Positions 47,540 to 57,252 of a stretch of 64,000 nt of DNA are shown one piece after another; positions within the stretch are counted from its first letter, which is position 1, and each line of letters begins with the position of its first letter. The stretch covers positions 1 to 64,000 of IMG/VR virus record IMGVR_UViG_3300017917_000952; one strand, 5' to 3'. The notes under the pieces are model-generated. The model saw only the letters and a list, made by a program, of their open reading frames with translations, did no database searches and had not been told where the DNA came from. Position numbers and translations under genes: made by a program.

Positions 47540-49519
47540 ATGGCAATATCATGGGTAACCCCTGAAGGTACACTTTTTACTTGCACAGCCGGTGCTGTGA
47601 TAAGCAGTTCGGTGCAGGCAAACAATGCATCGTCATATTCTCTCCTATGCGGAAAGTTACCCAGCGGACTAAGTTTGAGTACCGCAGGAAATATTACAGG
47701 AACCCCAGATCCTGTTAATTATACTACTACTTCGAGATTTGTAATTAGAGCAACTGATGCAACAACATCAAAAGACCGAACATTTAGTATTTCAGTATGG
47801 GATGCTACTCCAGTATTATGGAACGACGACGAGTTCAACGTTAGCAGTGGTGTTTTTAGAAAACTGTTAATCAACAAAGACTATGTAGAAATACAACTGT
47901 CCGTTAACAACGAACTTCCCTCAACCTTTACAATAGACAAAACTACTGGGAATTTACCGTTTGGAATGAAAATGGACTCCAATGGATTGATTACTGGAAG
48001 TCCGAAATTAATCCTTGCTCCTGGTATCGTAGAGGATTTTACTTTCGATGTTGTAGCATTTGACGGTGTCAATGAATACAGACAAACATTTAGTTTTTCA
48101 GTATTAGACAGTTTTACATTCACTGTAGATAATACAACCCTGTTTCTAGGAACAAATACTACTTCGTTAATTAATCTCGGTAACACGGGTACAGTTACCT
48201 TATCGAATTTACAGCCTGCAGAATTTGTCACCGATGGTAACCTAGGAATAGCACTTGCCGACGATCGACAATATCTTTCTGTTCGTGCATATGATCCAAA
48301 CCCCGGTATGGGCCCGTTAGTGTATACCGCACTAACTCCCTTACCCCCAGGATTATCGCTAGACAGAGGTATAGGGTATCTATATGGTAACCTAAGCCCA
48401 CAAGCGGATTTCTCTCACATTTATAATTTTTCGATAGAAGCGAAAAAATCAAATATCAGGTCAGGCGAGTTTGTTCTAAGTACTGGAACATTTTATCTAA
48501 CAGTAGTAAATCAATACTACAATAATGTAGTATGGCCTGAATCAAATTTAGGTAATATCTTAGAAGGTACAGTTAGTGAACTAGCCGTAACTGCTAAACA
48601 AAAGGATGCAACTTGGGACTTAAACTATTATCTAGTTCCGGATAGTCAACTACCAGACGGTCTTACATTATCTACTAGCACAGGCAATATTATCGGAAAC
48701 GCTACTACCAGCGGAAACTTTACATTTAGAATTGCTGCTTCTACCTCTACATACCAACCACACGAATTGTTGTGGCCTGTATTATCGAGCCCTGTTTCGT
48801 TCAATACATTTAATTTGACTGTAAGTCCTATCTCGGGAGAATTTACCAGTATTTGGGCTAAGCCATTCTTAATTCCTTCCCAACGAGCAGTGTGGGAAAC
48901 ATTTATCAATAATGAAAATGTATTCTTACCTGATATACTATATCGTGCAGATGACCCTATTTTTGGTGTTCAAAAGGACTTAAGAGTATTTTTAGAATTT
49001 GGCATAGAACGTGTAGAAATAGGTGAGTACGCTTCTGCACTATATCAAAATCTATACGAAAGAAGATTAACCTTTGGTAAAGTTAAGTCTGCTATAGCCA
49101 AGGACAAGAAAGGCAATCACGTTTATGATGCTATCTATGTTGATGTAGTTGACGAACTGGAGGGATCAAAAACGTCTATAGAAATAAACGGTGTCACGTA
49201 TTACCCAGGTAGCGTTGATAATATAAGAAATTCTTTACAATCTGTTGTTCTAGACGACGGCGGCGAGATTAAAGTCGACGGAAGATTTTTACCAAAATTT
49301 ATGACTACTGTTGCACCAGATCAGCCATATGGCTATATTCGTGCAGCCGTATTATGTTATACTAAGCCAGGAGAATCTAACAAAATCCTTAACAGGATAC
49401 GTGCATCCAAGTTTAACTTCAACAACTTGAGCTTCTTTATAGACCGCTTGATTGTGCAAAACAGTTTAGATCAAACAGGCACAACCTACATAGCATTTAA
49501 TAGACAGCCCATCGGTTAA
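47540..49519 (+). CDS. Ig-like (He_PIG/cadherin) repeat structural protein, baseplate-wedge-like
   Basis: Repeated LPSGLSLSTAGNITGTP / LPPGLSLD / LPDGLTLSTSTGNIIG motifs; AATAAATA 7 nt upstream. Confidence 0.75.
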   Translation: MAISWVTPEGTLFTCTAGAVISSSVQANNASSYSLLCGKLPSGLSLSTAGNITGTPDPVNYTTTSRFVIRATDATTSKDRTFSISVWDATPVLWNDDEFNVSSGVFRKLLINKDYVEIQLSVNNELPSTFTIDKTTGNLPFGMKMDSNGLITGSPKLILAPGIVEDFTFDVVAFDGVNEYRQTFSFSVLDSFTFTVDNTTLFLGTNTTSLINLGNTGTVTLSNLQPAEFVTDGNLGIALADDRQYLSVRAYDPNPGMGPLVYTALTPLPPGLSLDRGIGYLYGNLSPQADFSHIYNFSIEAKKSNIRSGEFVLSTGTFYLTVVNQYYNNVVWPESNLGNILEGTVSELAVTAKQKDATWDLNYYLVPDSQLPDGLTLSTSTGNIIGNATTSGNFTFRIAASTSTYQPHELLWPVLSSPVSFNTFNLTVSPISGEFTSIWAKPFLIPSQRAVWETFINNENVFLPDILYRADDPIFGVQKDLRVFLEFGIERVEIGEYASALYQNLYERRLTFGKVKSAIAKDKKGNHVYDAIYVDVVDELEGSKTSIEINGVTYYPGSVDNIRNSLQSVVLDDGGEIKVDGRFLPKFMTTVAPDQPYGYIRAAVLCYTKPGESNKILNRIRASKFNFNNLSFFIDRLIVQNSLDQTGTTYIAFNRQPIG

Positions 49520-49575
49520 AATATAAGTAGTTAATATATCGAATAAATAAAGAAAGCAAGTTACGGAGTCCATTA

Positions 49576-50535
49576 ATGGCATCTACTATTACAAATTTAA
49601 TTAACACAATTGACGTCAATTTCCCGGTTGCAGGTCAGGACAATGACAGTCAAGGTTTCAGGAATAATTTCAGCATTATTCAGCAGTCTCTCCTAGCACA
49701 GGAAGGTGAGATCGAACAGATTAACAATACAATTAGCACACTAGGCGGTAGTGTATATGTTACAGCAACACACATTGTTGCACTACAAGATGTAACTATC
49801 GGTACAACAAATACGGCGGTCTTGAGCGTAACTGACAGCGGTATTGTTGCCCAAGTGAACACCGGCTCAATGGTTTTACTAGGATTGAGTCAAACAATTG
49901 ATGCGTCTGTTGCATTTGCTATTACTGATTCTGTTACTGACTCAACTGCAACAACATTTGCAGTTCTCGATTCAACAGATATTATTGTCGGAGCACGGGT
50001 TGTAATCGGCGGAACGAATCGAACTGTTACAAACATCGATAGGAACACTAACTACATTACCGTAACTCCCGCTTTCACAGTTCCTTCTTTTAATGTAGGC
50101 GATGTTTTAACATTCAACAATCCGTACACTAGCCCAGTTGGTAATTTATTCTTAGACGGCGACATCGTTGCTACAGGTAATATTACTGCGTTTGCAGGTA
50201 GCCCGTCTGATGCAAGATTAAAAGAAAATGTATCAACAATCACTAACGCACTATCAATGGTAAACACCATGAGAGGTGTGATGTATGATTGGACTGATGC
50301 ATACCTAGAAAACATTAACTTTTCTCCCTTCTTAACTAAACACGATACTGGTGTTATTGCTCAAGAGATGCAAGAAGTATTTCCAGAGATTGTGTTTATG
50401 AAACCTAATGGCGACCTAAGTGTCAAATACGAAAAACTTGCCGGTGTATTCATCGAAGCAATCAAAGAATTGTCTAACAAGGTTGCATCGTTAGAAGCAC
50501 AAGTAAGTGCTCTAACAACCTCAACGAATGTTTAA
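49576..50535 (+). CDS. Tail fibre/spike with a C-terminal intramolecular chaperone (Peptidase S74)
   Basis: SDARLKENV auto-cleavage motif, GVIAQE, VKYEKL, AIKEL coiled coil. Confidence 0.85.
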   Translation: MASTITNLINTIDVNFPVAGQDNDSQGFRNNFSIIQQSLLAQEGEIEQINNTISTLGGSVYVTATHIVALQDVTIGTTNTAVLSVTDSGIVAQVNTGSMVLLGLSQTIDASVAFAITDSVTDSTATTFAVLDSTDIIVGARVVIGGTNRTVTNIDRNTNYITVTPAFTVPSFNVGDVLTFNNPYTSPVGNLFLDGDIVATGNITAFAGSPSDARLKENVSTITNALSMVNTMRGVMYDWTDAYLENINFSPFLTKHDTGVIAQEMQEVFPEIVFMKPNGDLSVKYEKLAGVFIEAIKELSNKVASLEAQVSALTTSTNV

Positions 50536-50773
50536 TCCGTTAATTGAAGATACACGAAAATTAAAAGACTTGGATCTAGAAAAGAAAATTTTAGATCTAA
50601 GTCAAAAATATAATGTTGCTCTTAGATTAGGCCAAGGTAGCCTTGCACATCAAATTGCAGTCGCTCTAGAACAGTATAAAAGCGAGTATAGAGATCGACA
50701 GGTTGCTGCCCTAAAGAAAATAGAAGAAAAACAAAAAGAGCAAGGTTTAGATGATTTAATAAATGTCGATTGA
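50528..50773 (+). CDS. Hypothetical coiled-coil protein
   Basis: Tiled ORF. Confidence 0.65.
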   Translation: MFNPLIEDTRKLKDLDLEKKILDLSQKYNVALRLGQGSLAHQIAVALEQYKSEYRDRQVAALKKIEEKQKEQGLDDLINVD

Positions 50774-51320
50774 AAGTTCTCAAATAGTTTGGCCAGTTAG
50801 TTTTGTATGCACACTAGTAACTGAGAATAGAATTTTACCAAACTCATATACCCTAAATATTAGTATAGTTCCGATAGATGCTGCACCGGGTAGCATCACA
50901 ATAGGATATAAAAAGATCAGATATTTTGTTGACGAATATCTGCACAACAGTATATTCATTTCAAAAGAAAATCCGCTAGCCGAAAGTCTAGCAAAGACAA
51001 CAAACAATTTGGTTCTATTTCCAACTGAACCATATGACTTGTTTGTTGGGCACGTTCTCTATTCAAAATTTTTATCAATTTCTGAAAAATATTTCCACAT
51101 TGACATGATTAATATTGACAGCGTAGTCGGTGATAATATATGCTATAACATAGCAGACACAGACGGCTGCAATTTAGATCTTGAAGGTGAACATTGGTGG
51201 AACTCGGACTCAACTCACACAGGACATGGTCCTGCAGAAGGTTGGGGAAACATTACAGAAGAGTCATCACCAAAGTTTGAGCCTAAGATCATCAAAGGCG
51301 GAAAAAAGAGTGATAATTGA
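50763..51320 (+). CDS. Hypothetical protein
   Basis: Tiled ORF. Confidence 0.65.
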   Translation: MSIESSQIVWPVSFVCTLVTENRILPNSYTLNISIVPIDAAPGSITIGYKKIRYFVDEYLHNSIFISKENPLAESLAKTTNNLVLFPTEPYDLFVGHVLYSKFLSISEKYFHIDMINIDSVVGDNICYNIADTDGCNLDLEGEHWWNSDSTHTGHGPAEGWGNITEESSPKFEPKIIKGGKKSDN

Positions 51321-51831
51321 CAGATACGGCAGAGTATCTCTAACAGAACAAGAAGCATTTGAAGGACTATACACTGGTAAACTAAAAAGTTTAGACAGTG
51401 TCTTTATCAATGGCCCCATTAACCAATACAATCAGGCCCGTCGAACAAATGCTGATAAAATTCCAGAACTAGCTCTACTAGAAGATCTAGAAGATGTTAG
51501 CATAGAATTTTTTGACGAGTCAAATCAATGCGATTGGTTCATGCCCGAAGATTACTGTCCAAATCTCGTAGAAATGCTCTACGGATTGTGCGAAACAGAT
51601 GAACAAAAAGACAGGGTAACTAAAGAACTAGAACTTTTTATACAACACGGAATGTTTGATCTGTTGTTTTATCTAAAGTATCTAGTAGACACTATGCGGG
51701 CTAATAACATAGTATGGGGTGTAGGACGAGGGTCCAGTGTAGCCAGTTTTGTGCTATATTTAATTGGCGTTCACAAGATTAACAGTATTAAATACAATCT
51801 CGACATACACGAATTTCTAAAGGAGAAATAA
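51310..51831 (+). CDS. dnaE: DNA polymerase III alpha-subunit fragment
   Basis: RVTKELELF, YLVDTMRANNIVWGVGRGSSVASFVLYLIGVHKIN matches the DnaE GRGS region. Likely GTG start at 51310. Confidence 0.8.
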   Translation: MIIDRYGRVSLTEQEAFEGLYTGKLKSLDSVFINGPINQYNQARRTNADKIPELALLEDLEDVSIEFFDESNQCDWFMPEDYCPNLVEMLYGLCETDEQKDRVTKELELFIQHGMFDLLFYLKYLVDTMRANNIVWGVGRGSSVASFVLYLIGVHKINSIKYNLDIHEFLKEK

Positions 51832-52125
51832 ATGGTCTACAGAACAATGCAAGGTAAAATTATCGACATGGACAAACTAATGCAGAAGAACGAGTTGACT
51901 CCTGCTGTTGGTAATGCTAAAATGAATGCAAGGGGCGATAAATTAGGCCCAGGCGGAAAAATTATTAAAACTAGAGAAGAAGTAGTTGCTGAATACTACG
52001 AAAGTAACCCAAAGGCTAAAAAAAGAGCACCAGGGGCTACTATCGTAGAAGACTCTGCTCCTGCACAGTCTACTCCGGCTCCTGCATCTACAGGTAAAAC
52101 AAGAAAAACACAATCAGAGGAATAA
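51832..52125 (+). CDS. Hypothetical phage protein
   Basis: AGGAG RBS; NARGDKLGPGGKIIK. Confidence 0.7.
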   Translation: MVYRTMQGKIIDMDKLMQKNELTPAVGNAKMNARGDKLGPGGKIIKTREEVVAEYYESNPKAKKRAPGATIVEDSAPAQSTPAPASTGKTRKTQSEE

Positions 52126-52467
52126 ATGAAAGTTGAAGGCAAAATTGTTCCGTTACGCGACATGATTATTGGTAGCGATATGGAATTTGGAATGGAAAAA
52201 CTAGCGTCCGGTATTATCTTGCATAGTGACAACGGCAAGACTACCGGAATCCATCCTAGGTGGTGCAGAGTATACGCAGTTGGCCCTGAACAAAAAGATG
52301 TTACAGTAGGACAATGGATTTGCGTAGAACACGGCCGATGGGGTAGAACTATTGAGCTAGAACAACAAAACGGTGAGAAGATCGAACTACGTGCGATCGA
52401 TCCAAAGTGTGTTATGTTAGTATCCGACGAAAAACCCGAAGGTACTACTATGAGAAACGTGGCATAA
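52126..52467 (+). CDS. groES: GroES-like co-chaperonin
   Basis: VPLRDMII, SGIIL mobile loop, VYAVGP, VTVGQWI. Confidence 0.75.
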   Translation: MKVEGKIVPLRDMIIGSDMEFGMEKLASGIILHSDNGKTTGIHPRWCRVYAVGPEQKDVTVGQWICVEHGRWGRTIELEQQNGEKIELRAIDPKCVMLVSDEKPEGTTMRNVA

Positions 52468-52468
52468 A

Positions 52469-52708
52469 ATGGGACACAAGTATCAACTAGACATGGCCAG
52501 TATTGCTGCACAGATTAATGCAGCAGCCTATGAAACCAATAGTCCATATAACGATGGATTTATTGGCTGGGGTTACAAACAAGACCTTTATAGACTTAAA
52601 TGGCTTCTAGATGATGCACTAAAACGCTGCCCGCCTTTTTCAGGAGAAGAAGAGTGGTTACGCGAACAAGAAAAGAAACAGGTAATTAAAATCCTTTCTG
52701 AGAAATAA
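52469..52708 (+). CDS. Hypothetical protein
   Basis: Tiled ORF. Confidence 0.65.
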   Translation: MGHKYQLDMASIAAQINAAAYETNSPYNDGFIGWGYKQDLYRLKWLLDDALKRCPPFSGEEEWLREQEKKQVIKILSEK

Positions 52709-52709
52709 A

Positions 52710-52877
52710 ATGACGCTGATCTACGACGAGTACGCCGAGGTATGGGTGTGGGTTGAAGAAAACAATCACGACATCGAACTCAGTCCACAGTTCGATTATG
52801 AAGAAGCAGCCAGACTGTGGAAAACTAGGATGATTAATATCCTGTGTAAGGGCAAGCATGATATTCAACAAAGTTAA
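52710..52877 (+). CDS. 55-aa hypothetical protein (absent from the ORF track)
   Basis: MTLIYDEYAEVWVWVEENNHDIELSPQFDYEE...; fills the gap. Confidence 0.55.
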   Translation: MTLIYDEYAEVWVWVEENNHDIELSPQFDYEEAARLWKTRMINILCKGKHDIQQS

Positions 52878-53322
52878 AGAATTAAAAGCCAAGGGCTTAA
52901 AAATTGGAATAACATTTAGTACATTTGACCTGCTCCACGCAGGTCATATTGCTATGTTAGCCGAAGTTAAGAATCACTGCGATTATCTAATTGCCGCAGT
53001 TCAAACTGATCCTACTATTGACAGACCTGATACAAAAAACAAGCCTGTTCAAAGTATTGTAGAAAGACAGATACAGGTTAGCGCCTGCAGATTTGTGGAC
53101 GAAATAGTTGTTTACCAAACAGAAAAAGATCTCGAAGACATCTTGCTTACACTGCCTATTGATGTTAGAATTTTAGGTGTAGAGTATAAAGACAAAGAAT
53201 TCACAGGCAAGAAAATCTGTGAACAGCGAGGAATTGAAATTGTCTACAACGGTAGAGATCACAGTTTCAGTTCTAGCAGTCTACGCAAACGTGTGGCGGA
53301 AGCCGAGAAAGGTAAAAAATAA
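52858..53322 (+). CDS. Cytidylyltransferase (TagD/glycerol-3-phosphate type)
   Basis: FSTFDLLHAGH (HxGH), RDHSFSSSSLR. Confidence 0.9.
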   Translation: MIFNKVKELKAKGLKIGITFSTFDLLHAGHIAMLAEVKNHCDYLIAAVQTDPTIDRPDTKNKPVQSIVERQIQVSACRFVDEIVVYQTEKDLEDILLTLPIDVRILGVEYKDKEFTGKKICEQRGIEIVYNGRDHSFSSSSLRKRVAEAEKGKK

Positions 53323-53702
53323 TGGAAACAGCATACGCAGTAGAGTCAGATCATCGTCCGATGGCTGTGGCAACAAAGAAAAAGAAAATTGGATTTATTA
53401 AGCGTTGGCTACTAAATTCTGTAAAAGAAGCAGTTGACCAAGAGCGGGGTCAAGTTATTAGTAAAGAACGAGACTACCCATTAAGTAGTAGCGGCCAAAT
53501 TGGCATTCAGCGAGGTGGTATTGATCAACCCGAACGTGCTATTCATTTTACTGTACATGTGGCCAACGGGGGTCGTGTTGTTGAAACTCGGCGTATGGAT
53601 AGAAAGACTGAACGATCCACTAACGGTCTGTATGTTATTACAAATGATCAAGATTTCGGTAAAGAAATTGACAAGATCATTACCATGGAAGCACTGCGAT
53701 GA
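53322..53702 (+). CDS. Hypothetical phage protein
   Basis: Tiled ORF. Confidence 0.65.
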   Translation: METAYAVESDHRPMAVATKKKKIGFIKRWLLNSVKEAVDQERGQVISKERDYPLSSSGQIGIQRGGIDQPERAIHFTVHVANGGRVVETRRMDRKTERSTNGLYVITNDQDFGKEIDKIITMEALR

Positions 53703-53947
53703 CCTGTTCTACCTGCGGTAAAGAATATACTGCATCTTGTGATTATAATCAAGGCAGGTGTCCACATCATCCGCCTATGTTAAACATTCAGCCTAAAGAC
53801 ACAAGCAAAGGACATTTCTATGTTAGCCTTGTAAAAAGCGGATTGAGAATTCTTGCAGGGGCTGTTCTTATTTCAGGTAGTCTATACTGGGCGGGTGCTC
53901 TAATCATCACCGCAGAAATTTTAGGCATTGTTGAGGAATTAGTATGA
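53699..53947 (+). CDS. Small protein with an N-terminal Cys motif and a C-terminal membrane hairpin
   Basis: CSTCG..C...CPHH; two hydrophobic helices. Confidence 0.6.
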   Translation: MTCSTCGKEYTASCDYNQGRCPHHPPMLNIQPKDTSKGHFYVSLVKSGLRILAGAVLISGSLYWAGALIITAEILGIVEELV

Positions 53948-54091
53948 AATTATTGCTCATTAAGATTTACTTGCAGATTATTGTAATGCTACAATATACT
54001 TTGCTAAAAATTTCAAAAGCGGCTATGTTCATGTATGGACCATTGCCTGCCTGTGCTTTGCAGGCTAGACTATTAATTGAGGATATTAAGA

Positions 54092-55006
54092 ATGAAAGAA
54101 CTGTGGACAGAAAAATATCGTCCTAAAACTGTAAGCGACTATGTATTTCGTGATGAGGCGCAACGCCGTCAAGTAGACTCATGGATCAAAGAGGGAAGCA
54201 TCCCTCACTTACTGTTAAGTGGCGCTGCTGGCATCGGAAAGACCACCTTAGCAAAAGTTCTATGCCACGAACTAGGTATCGAGGACTATGATATTCTTGA
54301 AATCAACGCTAGCCGTGATAACAATGTTGACACAGTTCGTGATAAAATTGTGAACTTTGTTCAGATGATTCCGTTTGGTCCATTTAAGGTTGTATTGTTA
54401 GACGAGGCTGATTATCTAACACCTAATGCACAGGCTATCTTGCGTGGTGTTATGGAACAATATTCTAGCACTGCTCGATTTATTCTAACTTGCAATTATC
54501 CTAACAGAATCATTCCTGCTATTCACAGCCGGTGCCAGGGTTATCATGTCGAGAAGACTGACCAAACTGAATTCACTGCTAGAGTAGCAACAATTCTAGT
54601 TACCGAGGGAGTTGACTTCGATCTAGATACGCTTGACACTTATGTTAAGGCTGCTTACCCAGATTTGCGTAAGTGTATTAATATGGTTCAACAAAATGTG
54701 CAAGGTGATAAACTGTCTGCTCCGACAGCAGAAGCAGACGGCGGTGATTATCGAATTGAAATGGTTGAACTGTTTAAGAAAGGTAAGATCCCCGAAGCAC
54801 GTAAACTAGTATGCTCAAAGGCTCGTCCTGAAGAGATCGAGGATATTTTCCGCTGGCTGTACGATAATCTTGATCTATTCGGAGACTCTGAAGAGAAGAA
54901 AGATAGTGCCTTGCTTATTATCAAACAAGGTCTAGTAGATCATACGCTTATCGCGGATCCAGAAATAAATTTATCAGCCACTTTAGTTAAATTAGCAAGG
55001 CTATAA
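54092..55006 (+). CDS. Clamp loader small subunit (RFC/gp44-like AAA+ ATPase)
   Basis: LWTEKYRP, GAAGIGKTT Walker A, EINAS, LLDEAD Walker B, SRC motif. Confidence 0.93.
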   Translation: MKELWTEKYRPKTVSDYVFRDEAQRRQVDSWIKEGSIPHLLLSGAAGIGKTTLAKVLCHELGIEDYDILEINASRDNNVDTVRDKIVNFVQMIPFGPFKVVLLDEADYLTPNAQAILRGVMEQYSSTARFILTCNYPNRIIPAIHSRCQGYHVEKTDQTEFTARVATILVTEGVDFDLDTLDTYVKAAYPDLRKCINMVQQNVQGDKLSAPTAEADGGDYRIEMVELFKKGKIPEARKLVCSKARPEEIEDIFRWLYDNLDLFGDSEEKKDSALLIIKQGLVDHTLIADPEINLSATLVKLARL

Positions 55007-55024
55007 TAGACAATAAATACCTAA

Positions 55025-55780
55025 ATGAAGCATATATTTAGGTTAACTGAAAAATCAGTCCTGATCAACAGATATATTCTGTTATCAGGATTTCTCTTAT
55101 TGCTGTATTACGGAACACTAATTCACTGGCTCGTTGTTTTAGGTGTTTATCTAGTCAAGGGACTTATGGGTACTGCGGTTATTCACAGAGGACTTTCTCA
55201 CAGAGCCTTCAAAATGAATAAATTGGTTGAGAGATTGTTTGGAGGATTTTCTCTGTTAGGGACAAATTCTACTCCTATTTCATGGGTAGCAGTTCATCGA
55301 CAGCACCATAGATTTTCTGATCACCAAGGAGATTTACATAGTCCGCAAATATACCCTTATTGGGATGTTCAATTAATGAAGTTCCACGATCCTATAGATC
55401 TAACTTATGCTCCGGATTTAGTTCGTCAACCTTACTATACATGGCTTTTTAGATACCACTGGGCAATCAGTTATAGTATTGCCTTACTATTATTAATAAT
55501 TGATCCTATGCTACTTTTATGTGCGTGGCTTGCTCCAAATTTTATACAATCATATGCAGGAACTACTGTAAACGCACTTAACCATATTAATTTTGGTTAC
55601 AGAAATTTTGCTACCAAAGATAACAGCCATAACAACTGGATTACAGGAATCTTCTGTTTAGGTGAAGGATGGCATAACAATCACCACCACGACCCTGCAA
55701 ATCCAAACTTCGGAGTTAAATGGTGGGAGTTTGATTTAGGATATCAATTTGTAAAACTAATTCAACAAAAAACCGCATAG
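55025..55780 (+). CDS. Membrane fatty-acid (acyl-CoA delta-9 type) desaturase
   Basis: His boxes HRGLSH, HRQHH, GEGWHNNHH; WWEFD; hydrophobic helices. Confidence 0.92.
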   Translation: MKHIFRLTEKSVLINRYILLSGFLLLLYYGTLIHWLVVLGVYLVKGLMGTAVIHRGLSHRAFKMNKLVERLFGGFSLLGTNSTPISWVAVHRQHHRFSDHQGDLHSPQIYPYWDVQLMKFHDPIDLTYAPDLVRQPYYTWLFRYHWAISYSIALLLLIIDPMLLLCAWLAPNFIQSYAGTTVNALNHINFGYRNFATKDNSHNNWITGIFCLGEGWHNNHHHDPANPNFGVKWWEFDLGYQFVKLIQQKTA

Positions 55781-55810
55781 TCGTTTGCAGGTCGAATTCT
55801 ATGCGGTTTT
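55769..55810. terminator. Bidirectional terminator between convergent genes
   Basis: AAAACCGCATAG-N18-CTATGCGGTTTT. Confidence 0.7.
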
Positions 55811-55830
55811 CTTATGGGTATTAGTAGGCC

Positions 55831-56589
55831 TTACTCGATACTCGTCTCCTTATATATGCTCAAGATCTCTTTTACCACAGGATGACGTTCAACATCCTTA
55901 GACTCAAATCTTGCCATAGCAATCATACGATAGTCACCTCCTTCTCCGTACAATGTGCAAAATTCTAGCAGACCGTTTTCCCTTGGCCGGTCAGCCTGAT
56001 TCAAGTCTCCAGTTACTACCATTCTAGAATTTTCTCCTAGTCTAGTTAGTAACATTTTCATCTGCGACGGAGTTGCGTTCTGCATCTCGTCGGCAATAAT
56101 GAAAGCATTTTTAAAAGTTCTACCACGCATGTATGCTAGTGGACTGATTTCAATTACACCATCTTCTAGCATGTCCTGGATCTCTCGCGGGTGGTAATAC
56201 TCTTCGAACACATCAAAAATCGGTCGTGTCCAAGGTTCCATTTTTTGATTTAATGTGCCCGGAAGAAATCCATGTTCCTCATCAACACTAACAGCAGGTC
56301 TTGTTACAATAATTTTACTTATTGCACCTTCTTTGAATAACTTGATGGCCATTTGAACGGCCAGCATAGTTTTACCCGTCCCTGCTGGGCCTATAGCAAA
56401 AGTGATGAATTTACGGGGATTTTTTAGCAATTCTAAATAGTTTTCTTGCGCCACATTGCGTGGAACGATTAAAACTTGTTGCTTTCTTTTTAGGTAAGGC
56501 TTGATCTGAATCAAGTTACTTCCATTCTGTAGAGAGCGAGGATCATGGTGAACCTGCTCTTTGATGTTACGTCGTTTGGCTCTAGGCAA
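55831..56589 (-). CDS. phoH: PhoH-like ATPase
   Basis: GPAGTGKT, GFLPG, LAYMRGRT, DEMQN, GDLNQAD; TTG start at 56589 with AGGAGG RBS. Confidence 0.95.
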   Translation of the reverse strand: MPRAKRRNIKEQVHHDPRSLQNGSNLIQIKPYLKRKQQVLIVPRNVAQENYLELLKNPRKFITFAIGPAGTGKTMLAVQMAIKLFKEGAISKIIVTRPAVSVDEEHGFLPGTLNQKMEPWTRPIFDVFEEYYHPREIQDMLEDGVIEISPLAYMRGRTFKNAFIIADEMQNATPSQMKMLLTRLGENSRMVVTGDLNQADRPRENGLLEFCTLYGEGGDYRMIAMARFESKDVERHPVVKEILSIYKETSIE

Positions 56590-56684
56590 TTTTACCTCCT
56601 TGGTAATCTCGACCTGCACAGATATTTACACTCTTAAGAAAAAAACCGCCTCAAATTAACGAATTTTTTCCCATGGTAATTCTG

Positions 56685-56692
56685 TATAAATA
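56685..56692 (+). promoter_or_regulatory. T4-type late promoter TATAAATA
   Basis: Exact consensus in the divergent intergenic region; GTAAATA faces the other way at 56623-56629. Confidence 0.65.
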
Positions 56693-56712
56693 AAACAATA
56701 ACGAGACCTACT

Positions 56713-57252
56713 ATGCACGATATTATCGACGTAATTAAAAATGTTCAAACCCTAAGCGAGAACAACAATGCTTTCAAGGTATTAAAAGACTTTGAGCGTG
56801 TTCTCGACGAACTAGATATCTATGTATTTAAAAACTGGGAAGATGGTGAACTCATTGCAGGTCCTGAAGTAAACAGATATACCGTAACCTGTTCCTTTAT
56901 GTGGGACAGAGATGAAATGCCCGACCCCGAAGGCGGAGAACGTCTAAGCGATTACGGGTGTAAAGTAATTTACAAAAAGACAAACATATTGATTCCTAGA
57001 AAAATTAAGAGTCCCGGTGATTATCGTCCTGGTACGAAAAAAGGAAAGATTGATGCACATCCTATTTGGGTAGTTGAAATTTCAATGCCTAAGAAACTAA
57101 TGCAGGATGTATACATAGGTAAAGAAAACCAAGAGAACAACCAGATGGCCGAATTCATGAAGTATCGTTCAGATGCTAGCGCAGCAGCACAGGCCGACGA
57201 AGTTGCTCAGGAGAATCCAGAAAATGCAGAACCAGAAACACCAACGGCTTGA
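56713..57252 (+). CDS. Hypothetical phage protein
   Basis: 179-aa ORF after a late promoter. Confidence 0.75.
   Translation: MHDIIDVIKNVQTLSENNNAFKVLKDFERVLDELDIYVFKNWEDGELIAGPEVNRYTVTCSFMWDRDEMPDPEGGERLSDYGCKVIYKKTNILIPRKIKSPGDYRPGTKKGKIDAHPIWVVEISMPKKLMQDVYIGKENQENNQMAEFMKYRSDASAAAQADEVAQENPENAEPETPTA

Noticed and set aside
53944-54126. 60-aa ORF upstream of the clamp loader
   Set aside because: It overlaps the clamp-loader start and AT-rich promoter-like sequence, and has no clear RBS or motif. It may be real but cannot be supported.
15354-56650. GGCGG as an upstream element of the late promoters
   Set aside because: It is present 16-17 nt before TAAATA at only two sites (15354 plus strand, 56650 minus strand) and absent at the others I checked.
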